Positions 1-12,097 of a stretch of 64,000 nucleotides of DNA are shown here, piece by piece. A program made the translations under genes and the position numbers. The DNA lies in sequence record NC_054934.1. One strand, 5' to 3'. Numbering within the stretch: the stretch's first letter is position 1; every line of letters begins with the position of its first letter. This DNA is from Escherichia phage teqskov. The notes beneath the pieces are model-generated. The model saw nothing but the letters and a program-made list of their open reading frames with translations. It made no database searches and was not told the origin of the DNA.

Positions 1-70
1 TCGTATCGGTAGGATCAAATTTTACATAACGAGATTCATTAGAAACGTGTTGATATGTATTATTACTCAT
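1..70 (-). CDS. 12: short tail fiber gp12, N-terminal fragment (gene continues beyond window start)
   Basis: minus-strand ATG at 68-70 overlapping the gp11 stop; translation [23 protein letters not shown] matches remembered T-even gp12 N-terminus; synteny. Confidence 0.8.
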   Translation of the reverse strand, partial: MSNNTYQHVSNESRYVKFDPTDT

Positions 71-726
71 GCTGTTCTCTCAAAATGATAAAGTACTGTA
101 GGAGTCTGCTGATTATCTAAAGTTACAGTTTGTGCGCCTAATAAATTCCATGTACCATAGCCAGGTTTAGACTCAGAAATAATTTCCTGCGAAATAGTTA
201 TTCCATATGTAGAATATGTGCTTAATACATGTTTTTGATTGTCTAAATAAGTAACTTCTAATTTACTACCATCTGTTGGATGGTCTTTATATGAATTGAT
301 AGCAGTAAATGACGCAATAGCTTCTTGTAGTGCAACACGAACTTTGGCAACAAACTCGATAGCTGTCATTCCGGTTGTTGCTGAAACTGGAAGACCAAAT
401 ACTAATACAGTAACAGGAGAACCAGGAGGAAGCGAATCATCTGTCACAGTTCCTGAAAATGCCCAATAATCAGTTTGAGAAACGCCCTCAGGAGAAACAC
501 CAGTTTTATTAGTAATAATTGTACCAACGTCTTTTATAGAAAAATTATGAACGTCATTAATAGCTGATTCTACGTTTGGTTCATAAAATCCTTTCGCTAA
601 TTGAGAAATTGTCACTGACCCAACTGATTGACGATTCATTACATCTATATTACCAGCTTTAGGTCTAAAACCAAGAAAATCGGCTAAGCGGGAAATAACT
701 CCCGCTTTATTATTAAGTAAACTCAT
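67..726 (-). CDS. 11: baseplate wedge protein gp11 (219 aa from internal Met MSLLNNKAG)
   Basis: ORF track 67..744; start set to ATG at 724-726, which overlaps the gp10 stop; length and sequence match T4 gp11. Confidence 0.9.
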   Translation of the reverse strand: MSLLNNKAGVISRLADFLGFRPKAGNIDVMNRQSVGSVTISQLAKGFYEPNVESAINDVHNFSIKDVGTIITNKTGVSPEGVSQTDYWAFSGTVTDDSLPPGSPVTVLVFGLPVSATTGMTAIEFVAKVRVALQEAIASFTAINSYKDHPTDGSKLEVTYLDNQKHVLSTYSTYGITISQEIISESKPGYGTWNLLGAQTVTLDNQQTPTVLYHFERTA

Positions 727-2534
727 TATGCAATCCTTATCCAACGATAAACTGTAATATATGGTTGAATGTTAGTTATTGATGTTGGCGGAGTGTGAGT
801 AGAGTTAGTAGATGCTTTAGCTTCACGGTATTTAGTGTAGATTGGACCGGATTCATCTGGATCGTATTGACACCCACCAACAATGACTGATCCATTTTCA
901 TCAACTATTAGAACTTCTTCATCTGTTTCAGTTGCAGGAAGATTAGCATTTTCCAATGTAACAGAAGTAGAACCACCTGTTCCACCTGCAGTATGTGAAG
1001 GATTTCCACCCGAATCTAAATCGTTGTTATTTAGAGCAAAGTTAGGGTCCGAAATATCTTCATTCCATCCAACTAAAACTTTTCCTTGCCCAAATAATTT
1101 CCATGAGCCGAATCCCATATATGTAACAGGGTTATTTGGATTAACAGCGTTTTCATATATAGTTCCAATAGGATAAATCGTATCAAAGATATTTGAAACA
1201 GCATTAAATTCGCGTTGGTAAGATTGAACTGCTTCTACATTTGGCCAACCAATTTTATCGAAGTCTGTTAAATTTACATCACCAGAAATATCTACTCCCG
1301 GTCCTTGCGATACATAAAGATTATCAGTTTCATCAATAATCTCATCTTTTGTTAATAATGTACCCAAATCATTATTAAACCAGGTGATATTGATAATGTC
1401 ACCATGCTCAAATACTCTATCGAAATGTAAAATTTCCGGTATGCCGTTTTCATCAGTTTCAACTGAATAATCGGTATGAGATTGTTCCCAAGTTCCACCT
1501 AAAACAGAGCATTCTACTTCATCGTCTGAATCGGCACCAACACAATGAAATAATGGCATTCCAACTGTTCCAGCCAATTCCTGCAAAATCCCGTTAAAAC
1601 GAACCTCAAGAGAATTAGGATTAATAGGTTCTCCTGGAATTAATCCAAAAGCAGAAAATGGAATTGATTTCATTGTTGATAAATCAGTAACGTAAATACT
1701 TCCTTCTAAAGAAGTTTTTGACGTTAATTTTGAATCTAACAATCTAATTTGACGTCTTGTATATGAACTTCTCCACTGCGATACACCATCCATAAATGTT
1801 TCAATTTGAACAGTGTCACCAATATTACAAGGCTGTCTTAATCGAATATTAAATCCATCAAGAGGAACTAGTTCTCCTTCATTTTCGCCCGGAGAGCCAA
1901 AATCGCTGTTTTCGCTAAACACATCGCCGTAATACAATTCGTTACCACGATGTTTTACTCTGATGTTATTTACATTATAACTGGTTCCACGGAAAACATC
2001 TAAAAAGTCTGTTTGTCCTTGGACTTCGACTAAAAATTCTTTACGAGCTACATTACTAATGTCTGAACTGGTAATTTTGTCAATTTGTTTATTTTTGACA
2101 TATTCCCAACGTCCTGGGGCACAATACACTAGTTCTAAATCGCTGAATTGAACATTAATTTCAACTGGTACTGCAGACCCTTTAATCGTATCGCCGGAAG
2201 CAGCTACTAGTGTAACTGGGTTGACGTTCCATGTAGCAAATACGTCTCTAGCTCTAATTACCTTGTTGTAATCATTAACTGTACCCTTTGGAAGATTTAT
2301 AGTCACTCTTCCAGAAGATGTATTAATAGCGTACGATTTTCCCCATTCTGCTGTTAATGTTTGTCCTGATGAAGCATTATAAGTTTTCCAGGCACCGGCT
2401 GAATATGGAACATCACCATCACCGAGTTCATAATAAAGCTCATCAAAGTTTTCATTTATTTTTATACCACCTTTACGCAGGTAGTCACCGGTACCATCAT
2501 CTACAACATTACCGATATTAATATTTTGTTTCAT
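726..2534 (-). CDS. 10: baseplate wedge protein gp10
   Basis: 602 aa ORF, same length as T4 gp10; synteny 9-10-11. Confidence 0.9.
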   Translation of the reverse strand: MKQNINIGNVVDDGTGDYLRKGGIKINENFDELYYELGDGDVPYSAGAWKTYNASSGQTLTAEWGKSYAINTSSGRVTINLPKGTVNDYNKVIRARDVFATWNVNPVTLVAASGDTIKGSAVPVEINVQFSDLELVYCAPGRWEYVKNKQIDKITSSDISNVARKEFLVEVQGQTDFLDVFRGTSYNVNNIRVKHRGNELYYGDVFSENSDFGSPGENEGELVPLDGFNIRLRQPCNIGDTVQIETFMDGVSQWRSSYTRRQIRLLDSKLTSKTSLEGSIYVTDLSTMKSIPFSAFGLIPGEPINPNSLEVRFNGILQELAGTVGMPLFHCVGADSDDEVECSVLGGTWEQSHTDYSVETDENGIPEILHFDRVFEHGDIINITWFNNDLGTLLTKDEIIDETDNLYVSQGPGVDISGDVNLTDFDKIGWPNVEAVQSYQREFNAVSNIFDTIYPIGTIYENAVNPNNPVTYMGFGSWKLFGQGKVLVGWNEDISDPNFALNNNDLDSGGNPSHTAGGTGGSTSVTLENANLPATETDEEVLIVDENGSVIVGGCQYDPDESGPIYTKYREAKASTNSTHTPPTSITNIQPYITVYRWIRIA

Positions 2535-3400
2535 TATTGAGCCACCCCGATTTTCTGCGTAGCGATAACTTTAACTGCTGCTCTCATACCGACAGTTGAA
2601 GAACTTATAGTCGCCGTTACGTAATTTTCTTTAATACTAAATGCAATATTAGCGATTTCGTCTTCTTCGGTTTCATTCCCAACTTGCATGACAGCATATT
2701 CAGAAGAAATTACCTCTGAATTGACAGTATCCACAAGAATATTTATTTCTGCTGTTTTAATTTTTCTTCCATCTACCGATTGGCATGTAACTAGTAATTT
2801 AGCCATATTGTATTCAGTGCGATGAAATAGTGGAATATCAACTGATCCAGATGTAGAAATATTCCATGTACCTTCAGCTGGTGATTCCTTTTGTCCAAAC
2901 ATACTTTCAATAGAATAATTCCAAACCGACGTAGAATTATCAGATGAAATACAGCGTAAAGTAACTTTACTATATGGGCTAGTTACTACTAAATTACCTG
3001 AAACACCTTTAATTGAATCAATAGCTTGAATTGTCAAAGGATTAGTAACTGATATTGATCCGTTAGAATTAATGAATTCAACACAATCGCCGAGTTCGCC
3101 TCTTTCAATGATAACTTTAACACCTACAGTAGAGGTATCAATATCATGCCTAGTGCCAACTTTTACTGGAGTTGCATACTCTGCAATAGAGTGTTTTTGA
3201 TAATATCCAGTAGCATGGATAATTTGACCATCTGCTCCGGTGCCATTTGCTACTGCCATTTTACGTTGATCGCCAAACGCATTATAAATTGCGTTAAAAT
3301 CACTATTAATTTTATTACCACCGTCGAATAAGATATCACCAGTAGAAGCGTTACCAATTTCGCCGGTATCAATCAATTTCTTTGGTTCTTGAATGAACAT
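2534..3400 (-). CDS. 9: baseplate wedge protein gp9 (long tail fiber attachment)
   Basis: 288 aa ORF, same length as T4 gp9; preceded by late promoter. Confidence 0.9.
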   Translation of the reverse strand: MFIQEPKKLIDTGEIGNASTGDILFDGGNKINSDFNAIYNAFGDQRKMAVANGTGADGQIIHATGYYQKHSIAEYATPVKVGTRHDIDTSTVGVKVIIERGELGDCVEFINSNGSISVTNPLTIQAIDSIKGVSGNLVVTSPYSKVTLRCISSDNSTSVWNYSIESMFGQKESPAEGTWNISTSGSVDIPLFHRTEYNMAKLLVTCQSVDGRKIKTAEINILVDTVNSEVISSEYAVMQVGNETEEDEIANIAFSIKENYVTATISSSTVGMRAAVKVIATQKIGVAQ

Positions 3401-3424
3401 AGCGGTTTCCTTATGAGTTTATAG

Positions 3425-3432
3425 TATTTATA
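3425..3432 (-). promoter_or_regulatory. T4-type late promoter TATAAATA upstream of gene 9
   Basis: plus-strand text tatttata = TATAAATA on minus strand, about 25 nt upstream of gp9 ATG. Confidence 0.6.
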
Positions 3433-3458
3433 AAGAAAAAGGGAGCCCATGGGCTCCC
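3433..3458 (-). terminator. hairpin terminator after gene 8
   Basis: palindrome gggagcccatgggctccc followed on the minus strand by a T-run. Confidence 0.5.
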
Positions 3459-3463
3459 TTAAT

Positions 3464-4468
3464 TTAAAATGTAAACAGAATATTGATTTCTTCTGTCTGA
3501 TCCATTGCCATAATAATAGGTGGCCTATTTTCCATATAAATCATTTCGCCCGAATGCCTCATTAAATCTTCCGGATCATAATAATCCTTTTCAGCTTTAA
3601 CGTTTGGGTCATTTGGATGAGCTTTAGCTTCAAGAGGATTCGTGATTATTGATATTTGTCTAAATCCTTTATTTCCTGGCAATGCAGCTTCAGGAAAATA
3701 AACTGAATCTAAATATGCTTTAAAACGGATAGTATTTGCCTTAACACGGTAAATTAATCCAAAATCATCTTGCTGCCAAGTGAGATTATCTTCATACCCC
3801 CATCTAGTCGGGTCTTCTTTTAATTCCTCAGGCCAAGGAACCACGATATATTCATTCGTGCATCTATTTATAGATACATCAGGCGGAATCTCAAATAGAT
3901 ATTCCCACACATACCCGTCCCCAGGTTCAATTGTTCCTTCAGCATCTCCTCGACCTTCAGGAGGAGTCATTGACCTAGCAGAAGGAGTCCATTTTCCACC
4001 TAACTTAAGGCATTCATCCTTATCAGTTAAAGATGCGATTGAACACATTCCGGTATCAGGAACATCTAAACAACGATATACTAACCAGCCTGCGCCTGAT
4101 TCAGTAGCGTTGTAAGGAGCTGAGTTACACACTACAATATCGTTAATTCTAAATGTGTATGGATCCGGATATCTAGTATCTCCCCAATCTCTGCGAGGAA
4201 TAACAGCATCAAGCATTGATGGAAGAACTTTTACTGTTCCCATCATATGAGTCCACATGTCAGTTACACCTAATACAGAATCGGTAGGATAAGGTGGGGC
4301 AAAGCCCACCTCATTTTCATTTGATGACCACGGTTCTGATCTTCCAAATGTGATAAAGATAGTGTTTTTATCCGGACCACTTCCAATTGAATTATAAAAA
4401 TTCAACATTTTTTCTGTTCTAAATTTTGAAGTAACTATCGCACGATAGATAACACTTGAATCATTCAT
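3464..4468 (-). CDS. 8: baseplate wedge protein gp8
   Basis: 334 aa ORF, same length as T4 gp8; synteny. Confidence 0.9.
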   Translation of the reverse strand: MNDSSVIYRAIVTSKFRTEKMLNFYNSIGSGPDKNTIFITFGRSEPWSSNENEVGFAPPYPTDSVLGVTDMWTHMMGTVKVLPSMLDAVIPRRDWGDTRYPDPYTFRINDIVVCNSAPYNATESGAGWLVYRCLDVPDTGMCSIASLTDKDECLKLGGKWTPSARSMTPPEGRGDAEGTIEPGDGYVWEYLFEIPPDVSINRCTNEYIVVPWPEELKEDPTRWGYEDNLTWQQDDFGLIYRVKANTIRFKAYLDSVYFPEAALPGNKGFRQISIITNPLEAKAHPNDPNVKAEKDYYDPEDLMRHSGEMIYMENRPPIIMAMDQTEEINILFTF

Positions 4469-7400
4469 CTATTTTAACCTGTGTTGGATTTTCAGGGTCT
4501 CTTGGATTTCCTATATTATCTTTTAGACGTTTATTAACTAAATCTCTAAATTGCGCAAATGTTGTTCCAGATGCATCAAATAAAGGACTCATTAATTTAC
4601 GTCGTTCAGACGGCAATTGACCTTGAAATATTGAATTATTATTTTCAGCATTATAGTCATCAGGAAGAGGATATTCTACACCAGCCATTGGGCCAGGCTC
4701 ATAAATTGCTTCGCCTGTTACCGAATCATGCTCAATTTCACCAGTTGGAGTCAATTTAGCTACTCTATCAGCATATTCAGTAGGCAATCCAGAATCCCAT
4801 TTATAGTTTTTGTATTTATTAATTATAGTCTCTGTGTGTTTAAGAGTTAAACCAACATTAATAAACATCGTTAAAAGGGTAATTGCTATAAATCCAAATC
4901 CTACTGGATGAACAAAACGAATAACGTCAGATTTCCAACGAGAAGAAGGTAAATTGGATTTAATTTTCATTACATAATATGATCGACTTCTATTAATATA
5001 GTCTATATTATTTTGAAGCAAATCCTTTCCTTTAACCCCACGAATAATTTCGCCTTCAAAACTAGGAAGTCTTTCTGCTTTAACTTCTTGGCCAGCAATT
5101 AATCGTCCCAAAAGATTATGAATAGTTACGGTCCATTGCAATTTACCATTAGAATAGCTTCTTTCTATATAAGTAACATTACATCTTCCTGTAGCTGTAT
5201 AAATCGTTTGTCCTACTAAGTCTTCAGTCAAAGAATCAGATTGAACGATTATATCATATTCAGTACCAGCCCCAGATTCAATTTCAATTTCAACCTCTTC
5301 ATTATAAAGAACTTTAAAAAGAAATTTGTATGATGCTTCAATTCCTTTAGTAGAATAAAAATCATAGCTACGTGATTCGAAAAATCTTGCAACAGCATCA
5401 CGTTTGTCAGCATTTAAATAAATGTTTCTTTTATATATCTCTGACCACAAATATTCCCATGCATGCTCTTCTCGTGGATATTTGTTACGAATTAAATTTC
5501 GTAAATTGTTATACTGAGTTCCATATCCATCAGAAAGATACTGAATATATGCTTCGCAAAATGCCTCAAAATTCGAATCCTGCAACAAATAAGAATCAGG
5601 CATCATTGTGCCAATCAATGGTCTTAAATCAGGGTCAGCCAATCCACGCTCTTCTTCAGGCGACCAAGGAGTTTCATGCTCTTGGTTTTGTAAAAATGCT
5701 TTTAAAAATACTTCAGTTGGCTTCCAAATAATTTCTACTGTATCTCTCACGCGATAGTTAAAATCATAGTAAGAAATTATTTCACCAGAGGCTTTATAGA
5801 AAAGCATCCCAGATGCATATTTTTTAAATCCAGTGAATTTAACATTTGGCATTACTATAGTGCAATCGCCATCATCCCAGTATTCATGAACTAATCTATC
5901 TGGTGATGTTTCCGGAATATTTTCTATAACTTTAGTGTATTTTAAATCAGCATAAACTACTACAACCCTATCAGAGTTGTTTATCCAACAACGTGTGTTA
6001 GATTTTTTAGACCAGTTAAAGAATGGTTCTGCATAGTATTTCATCGGCTGAGGAGTAAAAGTTTCCCAATCAGACTTTTCATCTGCTATAAATGCCATCA
6101 TATGATAATGCTTATCAGCTAACCATTCACGAGGAAATTCATATTTAACAGCACCGATTAACTGATATTTTGCTGCAGTTTCAGGGTCATTAACAACATT
6201 ATCACTTAAAAATTTAAAATTACTCGAAGACAGAGAAACTAATTTACCGTCAGTTGACATATTCGCATATCCGGGTTGAATACGTCTTCTTTCTTCTTCG
6301 GTATTACCAAAAACTCTTTTCCATGTTTTTTCGTCATGATTTAAAACATATATTCCTTTATCAGCGGAATCAATTATTTTTGATGTTCTAGGATTAGCAT
6401 TTAATGTTTCAACTTCACCAATAATAAGAGCAAAAACTTTATCACCGATAGAATCCATTTTATAGCATACTGCTTTAGGATTTCCGGTTATAGTCATTGT
6501 ATCAGGCTCAAAAAGCCTTTCCGAATATGTTGGAGATAATGGATCAGAATCTATAGGTGCATTACTCGTTTTTATGTATCTAACTTTGTCTCTGGCGACA
6601 ACGTAAATGTAATCATCGGTGCAAGTAATAGCTTCTGCAATGCGATATACATTCGCTGGCAAAGTTGCGTAAGTTGCAAAAATTTCTACATCAAATCCTA
6701 AATGTAATTGGTCGCCAAGTTTAGCGAATGTTATATCCTGAGAACTAAATCTGACATCGTCAGCTGACCATCTAACATCAGTCGATTTGCGGCCATAGAA
6801 AATCTTGTCGTATCCTAGAACGTATGTTGTGTTCGCAGATTGGTAATATACTGTCTTAGATAAAGGATATCCTACGCGGTCATTGAAGAGCTTTACAGCT
6901 TTCCAAGTTTGTCCTTTATCATTGGATACTTTAACTACAGGTTGATAACGCTCAAAAAGATATAGAATTCCTTCTGATTCCATCAAATAAACTCGGTTAA
7001 TATCCTTACATACTTGCTGAATAGAACCTTGTATTTCATGATACTCATTTTCACCAATAATAAAATTACTTATTGATGAAACATCAACATATGATGGGCT
7101 GAATTGAAATGATTCATTCATCAATGCAGCCATTATAGTGTCATTATTAAAATTAACATAATCAGAATTATTAAGAGTAAATTTTTCCTGAATGAATTTA
7201 TTGGCTAATTGCATTTCAATCATGTTTTGAAATGTATAAGCATTTGTAGCAAAAGTTTCAAACTCTTCGGTATAAATCCAATCAGACTGCTCAAAATCTT
7301 GTGCAGCTGTAGCTACTCTAATAACGTATGATGTCAATGGGTCAGCATCATCAAAAAAGAAGCTGTTATTTGCAGTATATCCTAAGTTAATCCATCTGTA

Positions 7401-7559
7401 TTGATTACTCGGGAGATTTTCCCCCGAGTTTGTTTTTGTCTCAGCGATTTCTACAAAATAGTAGAAATTAGCACCAACGTCATCCCAGCGTACTTGCACC
7501 TGATTTGCGGATAACTTGGAAATTCTGAGACTAGTGACTGAAGGTGCTTTTACTGTCAT
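4461..7559 (-). CDS. 7: baseplate wedge protein gp7
   Basis: 1032 aa ORF, same length as T4 gp7; synteny. Confidence 0.9.
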   Translation of the reverse strand: MTVKAPSVTSLRISKLSANQVQVRWDDVGANFYYFVEIAETKTNSGENLPSNQYRWINLGYTANNSFFFDDADPLTSYVIRVATAAQDFEQSDWIYTEEFETFATNAYTFQNMIEMQLANKFIQEKFTLNNSDYVNFNNDTIMAALMNESFQFSPSYVDVSSISNFIIGENEYHEIQGSIQQVCKDINRVYLMESEGILYLFERYQPVVKVSNDKGQTWKAVKLFNDRVGYPLSKTVYYQSANTTYVLGYDKIFYGRKSTDVRWSADDVRFSSQDITFAKLGDQLHLGFDVEIFATYATLPANVYRIAEAITCTDDYIYVVARDKVRYIKTSNAPIDSDPLSPTYSERLFEPDTMTITGNPKAVCYKMDSIGDKVFALIIGEVETLNANPRTSKIIDSADKGIYVLNHDEKTWKRVFGNTEEERRRIQPGYANMSTDGKLVSLSSSNFKFLSDNVVNDPETAAKYQLIGAVKYEFPREWLADKHYHMMAFIADEKSDWETFTPQPMKYYAEPFFNWSKKSNTRCWINNSDRVVVVYADLKYTKVIENIPETSPDRLVHEYWDDGDCTIVMPNVKFTGFKKYASGMLFYKASGEIISYYDFNYRVRDTVEIIWKPTEVFLKAFLQNQEHETPWSPEEERGLADPDLRPLIGTMMPDSYLLQDSNFEAFCEAYIQYLSDGYGTQYNNLRNLIRNKYPREEHAWEYLWSEIYKRNIYLNADKRDAVARFFESRSYDFYSTKGIEASYKFLFKVLYNEEVEIEIESGAGTEYDIIVQSDSLTEDLVGQTIYTATGRCNVTYIERSYSNGKLQWTVTIHNLLGRLIAGQEVKAERLPSFEGEIIRGVKGKDLLQNNIDYINRSRSYYVMKIKSNLPSSRWKSDVIRFVHPVGFGFIAITLLTMFINVGLTLKHTETIINKYKNYKWDSGLPTEYADRVAKLTPTGEIEHDSVTGEAIYEPGPMAGVEYPLPDDYNAENNNSIFQGQLPSERRKLMSPLFDASGTTFAQFRDLVNKRLKDNIGNPRDPENPTQVKIDE

Positions 7560-9538
7560 TGTGATATAGGCTCCAAATCGATAGTTAAGTATTGTGGACG
7601 TAAGTCATTTTCAAATACAATCAGTGAACCGTCGCGAGTAAAGATAACATCATCGGTTGGGTCAGAATATAATTCGATGGTCTGAACTTCAAATTTTTCA
7701 GATGTTAAATTAATTTTAGCGATATTCCAATAAATCACATCAGCTGGATAATTTATTTCACCGATAACATAGTATTTGTCGCGTCCATCAGAATTTGCTA
7801 ATTTGTTAAAATCGTTGCCTGTATACGGCTGAATGTTTTCATTTTCTGTAACATCGCCAGAAGCAAATGGACCAATAATAACTTTACCAATTCCTTTAGA
7901 ATCTCGGTCTGTTGATACTATACGAACGTCATATAATACATCTTCTTCTAAACCAGTATCAGGATTTACAACCTTTCGTCCAGAATTAAATGAAAACGTA
8001 TTAGATTCCATAGAACGATCTTTTATTTGATTATTGTATTTAATACCTGCTTCAGGTGTTTTATAGAAGTTTTGTACTTCACGAACAATTTGAATTGTCG
8101 CTGATGAACCAATGATAGAATGATCTGCATCATCTACATATGTCAACATCTTAGACTTGGCAAAAGACGAGTTAAAAATTTCTACATCTTCGGTATAATA
8201 ACGATCAATTTTATCAATTATTTGACCTTCGAGCCACTGTTCGGATTCTTGCAGCTTATTTAAAGCATATGTGACTTTTAAATTAGTCTTAATAAAAAGA
8301 TAATTAGGAGAAATAATTGATGGCGTAATAGGAGCTAAATTATAGTCTTTGAGATAATTTTTAATATCTTCACGTTGCACAGTAGTTAAATACAATCCTG
8401 ATTTAGGTTTAGCAGCAATAAATGCATACCCAGGTTTAGTAGAATCAGTGAAAGTCTGAACAGCTTGAATAATAGAACCAAATCTCTCTGAAACGAATGT
8501 ATCGTAGTCAGTCGCAGTTACGCAGCGTTGCTGGGTTTCGCGTTTAATAGTACCCAATTCGCGAATACGCTCAATATCTTCTGGATCACCGCCGCCATCT
8601 GCTCCGACAAAATCTGGGTCGTCGTTTGGATTTTCATTAATATTGATGACAGTTATATTTGTTAATGTATCTGCATATGAAAATCCGACTGCGCCATTCG
8701 CATCTGCACCGTTAGTACTGATGTACTCAATAACAATCGTAGAGTTCTGGGTAGGTTTAAGACCTCCGATATAATTAGCGGTCAAAGCTCCTTCAGAAGC
8801 ATTAACAGAAATTTCACCTTCGCCAAAATAGAATTCAGTGTTTCCATCAATAGTTTCACGCATATAGTAAATCGTTGATGTTGAACCAGCATGAACCATT
8901 GACTTTCTTGTCCAGTTAATCCATTCCGCTCCATCAACATATAATTTAACCTGGTTTCTATCAATATTTTTATCATAAATGATAATAGGTGTTAATTTAT
9001 CATAAATGATTTCAGTTCTTACTATACGTCCCTGGGCCAATTTTAAACGTGGAAAATATTGGTTATTTTTATCACGAATAGCAATAACGTCTTCGGTAGA
9101 AACGAAGTTATATGGATTAACAGAAGTATCTTTTGCATATGCTAAAAAGCGAGTTCCGCGAGGAATTGTAATGTAATTCCTATTCAATGCGTCGGTGCAT
9201 GTTAACATAATTTCGGTCTGCGCAGCGGATTTTGAAGTAGGTAAATATCCGTTATCTTGTGCAGCTTGAACAACTGAACTTCGTAAGTTAGCAGTACGCA
9301 TAAAGCTTTCATACACAGCAGCATTACCAAACTGTTGAATGTACAACGTATTATAAGCCAAAAGGTCACACAGAACGTTTAATCTTGAGCCTTCAAAATC
9401 ATAATCCAAAAATTCATTTTGGCCATTAAGCCATTCAATGAGGTTTTGTTTTATTTCAGCAAACGTACCCCCGACGAATATCTCGGGAATAGCATTTGCT
9501 GTTCTTGTTAATTGATAATTTACAGGGGTATTTGCCAT
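7556..9538 (-). CDS. 6: baseplate wedge protein gp6
   Basis: 660 aa ORF, same length as T4 gp6; synteny. Confidence 0.9.
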   Translation of the reverse strand: MANTPVNYQLTRTANAIPEIFVGGTFAEIKQNLIEWLNGQNEFLDYDFEGSRLNVLCDLLAYNTLYIQQFGNAAVYESFMRTANLRSSVVQAAQDNGYLPTSKSAAQTEIMLTCTDALNRNYITIPRGTRFLAYAKDTSVNPYNFVSTEDVIAIRDKNNQYFPRLKLAQGRIVRTEIIYDKLTPIIIYDKNIDRNQVKLYVDGAEWINWTRKSMVHAGSTSTIYYMRETIDGNTEFYFGEGEISVNASEGALTANYIGGLKPTQNSTIVIEYISTNGADANGAVGFSYADTLTNITVININENPNDDPDFVGADGGGDPEDIERIRELGTIKRETQQRCVTATDYDTFVSERFGSIIQAVQTFTDSTKPGYAFIAAKPKSGLYLTTVQREDIKNYLKDYNLAPITPSIISPNYLFIKTNLKVTYALNKLQESEQWLEGQIIDKIDRYYTEDVEIFNSSFAKSKMLTYVDDADHSIIGSSATIQIVREVQNFYKTPEAGIKYNNQIKDRSMESNTFSFNSGRKVVNPDTGLEEDVLYDVRIVSTDRDSKGIGKVIIGPFASGDVTENENIQPYTGNDFNKLANSDGRDKYYVIGEINYPADVIYWNIAKINLTSEKFEVQTIELYSDPTDDVIFTRDGSLIVFENDLRPQYLTIDLEPISQ

Positions 9539-9546
9539 TTTAAATC

Positions 9547-9840
9547 CTATTTAATGAATACTTTAGATGATGCCTGAGCCACAGTATCACCGCATGATAT
9601 TGGATCAGCCATTTGAACAGCTTTCTTTCCAGTGACATATACCTTAGAAGTTCTGGGTTGTGTCACTCCGCCATGTGTTTCATATGGCTTTTTAATTTCT
9701 GTATGTTCTGTAATTGGATCGCCTGCTACTAGAACAGCAATTCCTCCAGTGAATACTTTGCTTTGTGTAGCATTCACAACTGTTGGAGGCCACGCTTCAT
9801 GGCCAGCAGTAACACACTTATCATAACTTAATCCTGACAT
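9547..9840 (-). CDS. 5.4: gp5.4 PAAR-repeat spike tip protein
   Basis: 97 aa ORF directly downstream of gene 5; position and size as T4 gp5.4. Confidence 0.8.
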
Positions 9841-10398
9841 TTATGGCCTCTCATACACATAGCTTCTCAATTTATTAGCCCAACGACTCCAATTTCCAAC
9901 TATAGTTTTAGTATAATTTTTAACGAGAGTTTTTCTTACTGGAGCAGGAGGATCCGTCGGTTCAGTAGTATCAGAAGATGACCTAGAATTACTGCCAGAA
10001 CCTCCAGATTCACTTTGTTCTTGGTAGTCATATATTAATGTTACTTCGTAAGTGAATGTCTTCTGGAGATTTTGAGGAGCTTTCCACAAATACAACTGAG
10101 TATCAGAATCAGTAGGAAGTTCTTCCCATGAAGCAGCAGTTTTAAATTCATCGCCTAAACGATATTTCAACGCGTCATTTCCGAAACCAAATACAGATTC
10201 ATATGTTCCATATAAGCGATTTTCTTCTACTAAAACCCCAGGAGTTTCTTCGTAACTAGTTATATTTATAGATACTAACGTTTCACCTGTTTCTAATTGA
10301 GCGGTAAAGGTGACGTCGATAGAAGAACCTTCCATGGATTCTCCTAAATCAGCGCTCATTGGAAGTATATTAGCCAATGTCAATCCTCGATCCATCAA
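9841..10398 (-). CDS. 5.1: gene 5.1-like protein
   Basis: 185 aa ORF between gene 5 and 5.4; overlaps the gene 5 stop region, so the true start may be further downstream. Confidence 0.6.
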
Positions 10399-12097
10399 TT
10401 GTGTATTGACCAGATGAAATAGAACTCATAGATGCAATTTTTTCTGTCCAATCACCACCAACGTCCCAATCAACTGTCCCAGCAACTTTCCAAGAAAGAT
10501 TTCCATTTACTGTATTAGTCTGATTTCCTTCAACTAAAGTGGTAGCATCTCCTTTAACTGTAATGTCAGCATTACCTTCAACTACAATAGTAACATTACC
10601 TTTAACTAGGATAGTTCCATTACCTTCAACCGTCTTAGTTTCATCGCCTCGAACAAATATCGTATTGCTTCCATCTATTTGGTGAAGACGATTATCCATG
10701 TTGTAATAAATTTCTGATCCACCGACGTTAGTCTTTTTATCACCGGCTACCAAAAAATTACCATCAGCGTTGGTTATATCATACAAATTATCAACAGTTT
10801 TTCTTGTTCTTCTCCCTGACGGTGATACTTCTTCATAAGTTCCAGTTGGATGAACTAATCTATATCGTTCTTGCCCAGGGGTATCATCAAATTCCTGAAT
10901 ATGTCCACTTTCAGTTTCCATTGTATGCACATAAGGATATTCGCCTTTATATGAAGAAACTGGTTCTTTGAATAAAATTCTCGAGTCATTTGGAATAGGA
11001 GGGTCAGCAGGGTCAGAAGATTTAGTTACAGTCGCAGCCATTGCCGATAAAGACCTAGCTGGAGTTTTCACTTCAACACCATATGATTCCAAATTCCCCG
11101 TAAGAATAATCATGGTAACACGGGATGCACGGCCTTTTGTTTGTTGATACCACAATGAATCACGACCGGCTTTATATGCTTTTTCCCAATCTCCTGCTAA
11201 CATAGCAGTTAACATTGTGTTAAATTTAGCTACACCGCCAACCCCCATCTGAAATGCCATATTTTCTAATGCCATTTGACGAGAACGGTTGACAGCTTGC
11301 CAGACTGGTCCTACTTTAGAATGCGATTTAATGTCACGTTGCATATCAGCCAAATCACGCTCAAATAAAGTCGTCGCCTCTTCCATTGTAATAGAACCTG
11401 GATTTCCTGTAATTTCACGACCAACTTGTTTTGATAAAACTTTATTAATTTGAGCCATATCACGAACTGGCTGCTTCATGATAAGATGACCAATACCAAT
11501 TGTCGGATATCCTTCGGTATCCCAATAAACTTTTAATCTTAATCCTTCATCACGGCGAAGCATTTCAGCCATTGACATATTTGGATTATCATCAGTTGGA
11601 ATCTCTGATAGTGGTCTATCATCGGGATTTATTGCGGTGTCTAAGTTACTATCTTGAATAACATTAGAAGAGGAATCATATCCTACTTCTCCGCCTTGGT
11701 TTAATACGTTAGTATCATTTCCTAAACGTCTAGGATACTGCCCAGTTGGGTCAGAAAATCCTTCAAGTCTATTCGGTTTTTCGCGAACTATTCCACCATA
11801 CGTGCCAAGGACAATTCCGTTAGTTTTCCATTTGTCTAAAAAATGACCGTAAACTCTAGTTCCTTCTACCGGTCCAGTAACAGAACCTCCAATTCCTGAC
11901 ATTGCTGCAGAAGTTATAGGTTGAATAACTGACATCCATGGTAATTTTTCAGTTGGAATACCCATTACATCACCTTGTGCTCTTTGAGGTGGATGCAGAC
12001 CAACAACACGAACACGAACACGACCTAATTTTAATGGGTCCATTCTATCTTCAACAACACCAACAAACCAATTAAGGTTATTACTTATCATTTCCAT
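10370..12097 (-). CDS. 5: baseplate hub and tail lysozyme gp5
   Basis: 575 aa as in T4 gp5; internal T4-lysozyme-like segment EGLRLKVYWDTEGYPTIGIGHLI; C-terminal beta-helix repeats (VEGN, VKGD). Confidence 0.95.
   Translation of the reverse strand: MEMISNNLNWFVGVVEDRMDPLKLGRVRVRVVGLHPPQRAQGDVMGIPTEKLPWMSVIQPITSAAMSGIGGSVTGPVEGTRVYGHFLDKWKTNGIVLGTYGGIVREKPNRLEGFSDPTGQYPRRLGNDTNVLNQGGEVGYDSSSNVIQDSNLDTAINPDDRPLSEIPTDDNPNMSMAEMLRRDEGLRLKVYWDTEGYPTIGIGHLIMKQPVRDMAQINKVLSKQVGREITGNPGSITMEEATTLFERDLADMQRDIKSHSKVGPVWQAVNRSRQMALENMAFQMGVGGVAKFNTMLTAMLAGDWEKAYKAGRDSLWYQQTKGRASRVTMIILTGNLESYGVEVKTPARSLSAMAATVTKSSDPADPPIPNDSRILFKEPVSSYKGEYPYVHTMETESGHIQEFDDTPGQERYRLVHPTGTYEEVSPSGRRTRKTVDNLYDITNADGNFLVAGDKKTNVGGSEIYYNMDNRLHQIDGSNTIFVRGDETKTVEGNGTILVKGNVTIVVEGNADITVKGDATTLVEGNQTNTVNGNLSWKVAGTVDWDVGGDWTEKIASMSSISSGQYTIDGSRIDIG

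Noticed and set aside
883-1176. Plus-strand ORF inside gp10 (also 3146-3331, 3780-4115, 4559-4759, 5372-5731, 7833-8030, 9632-9826)
   Set aside because: Antisense to long, well-supported structural genes; no ribosome binding sites or promoter context
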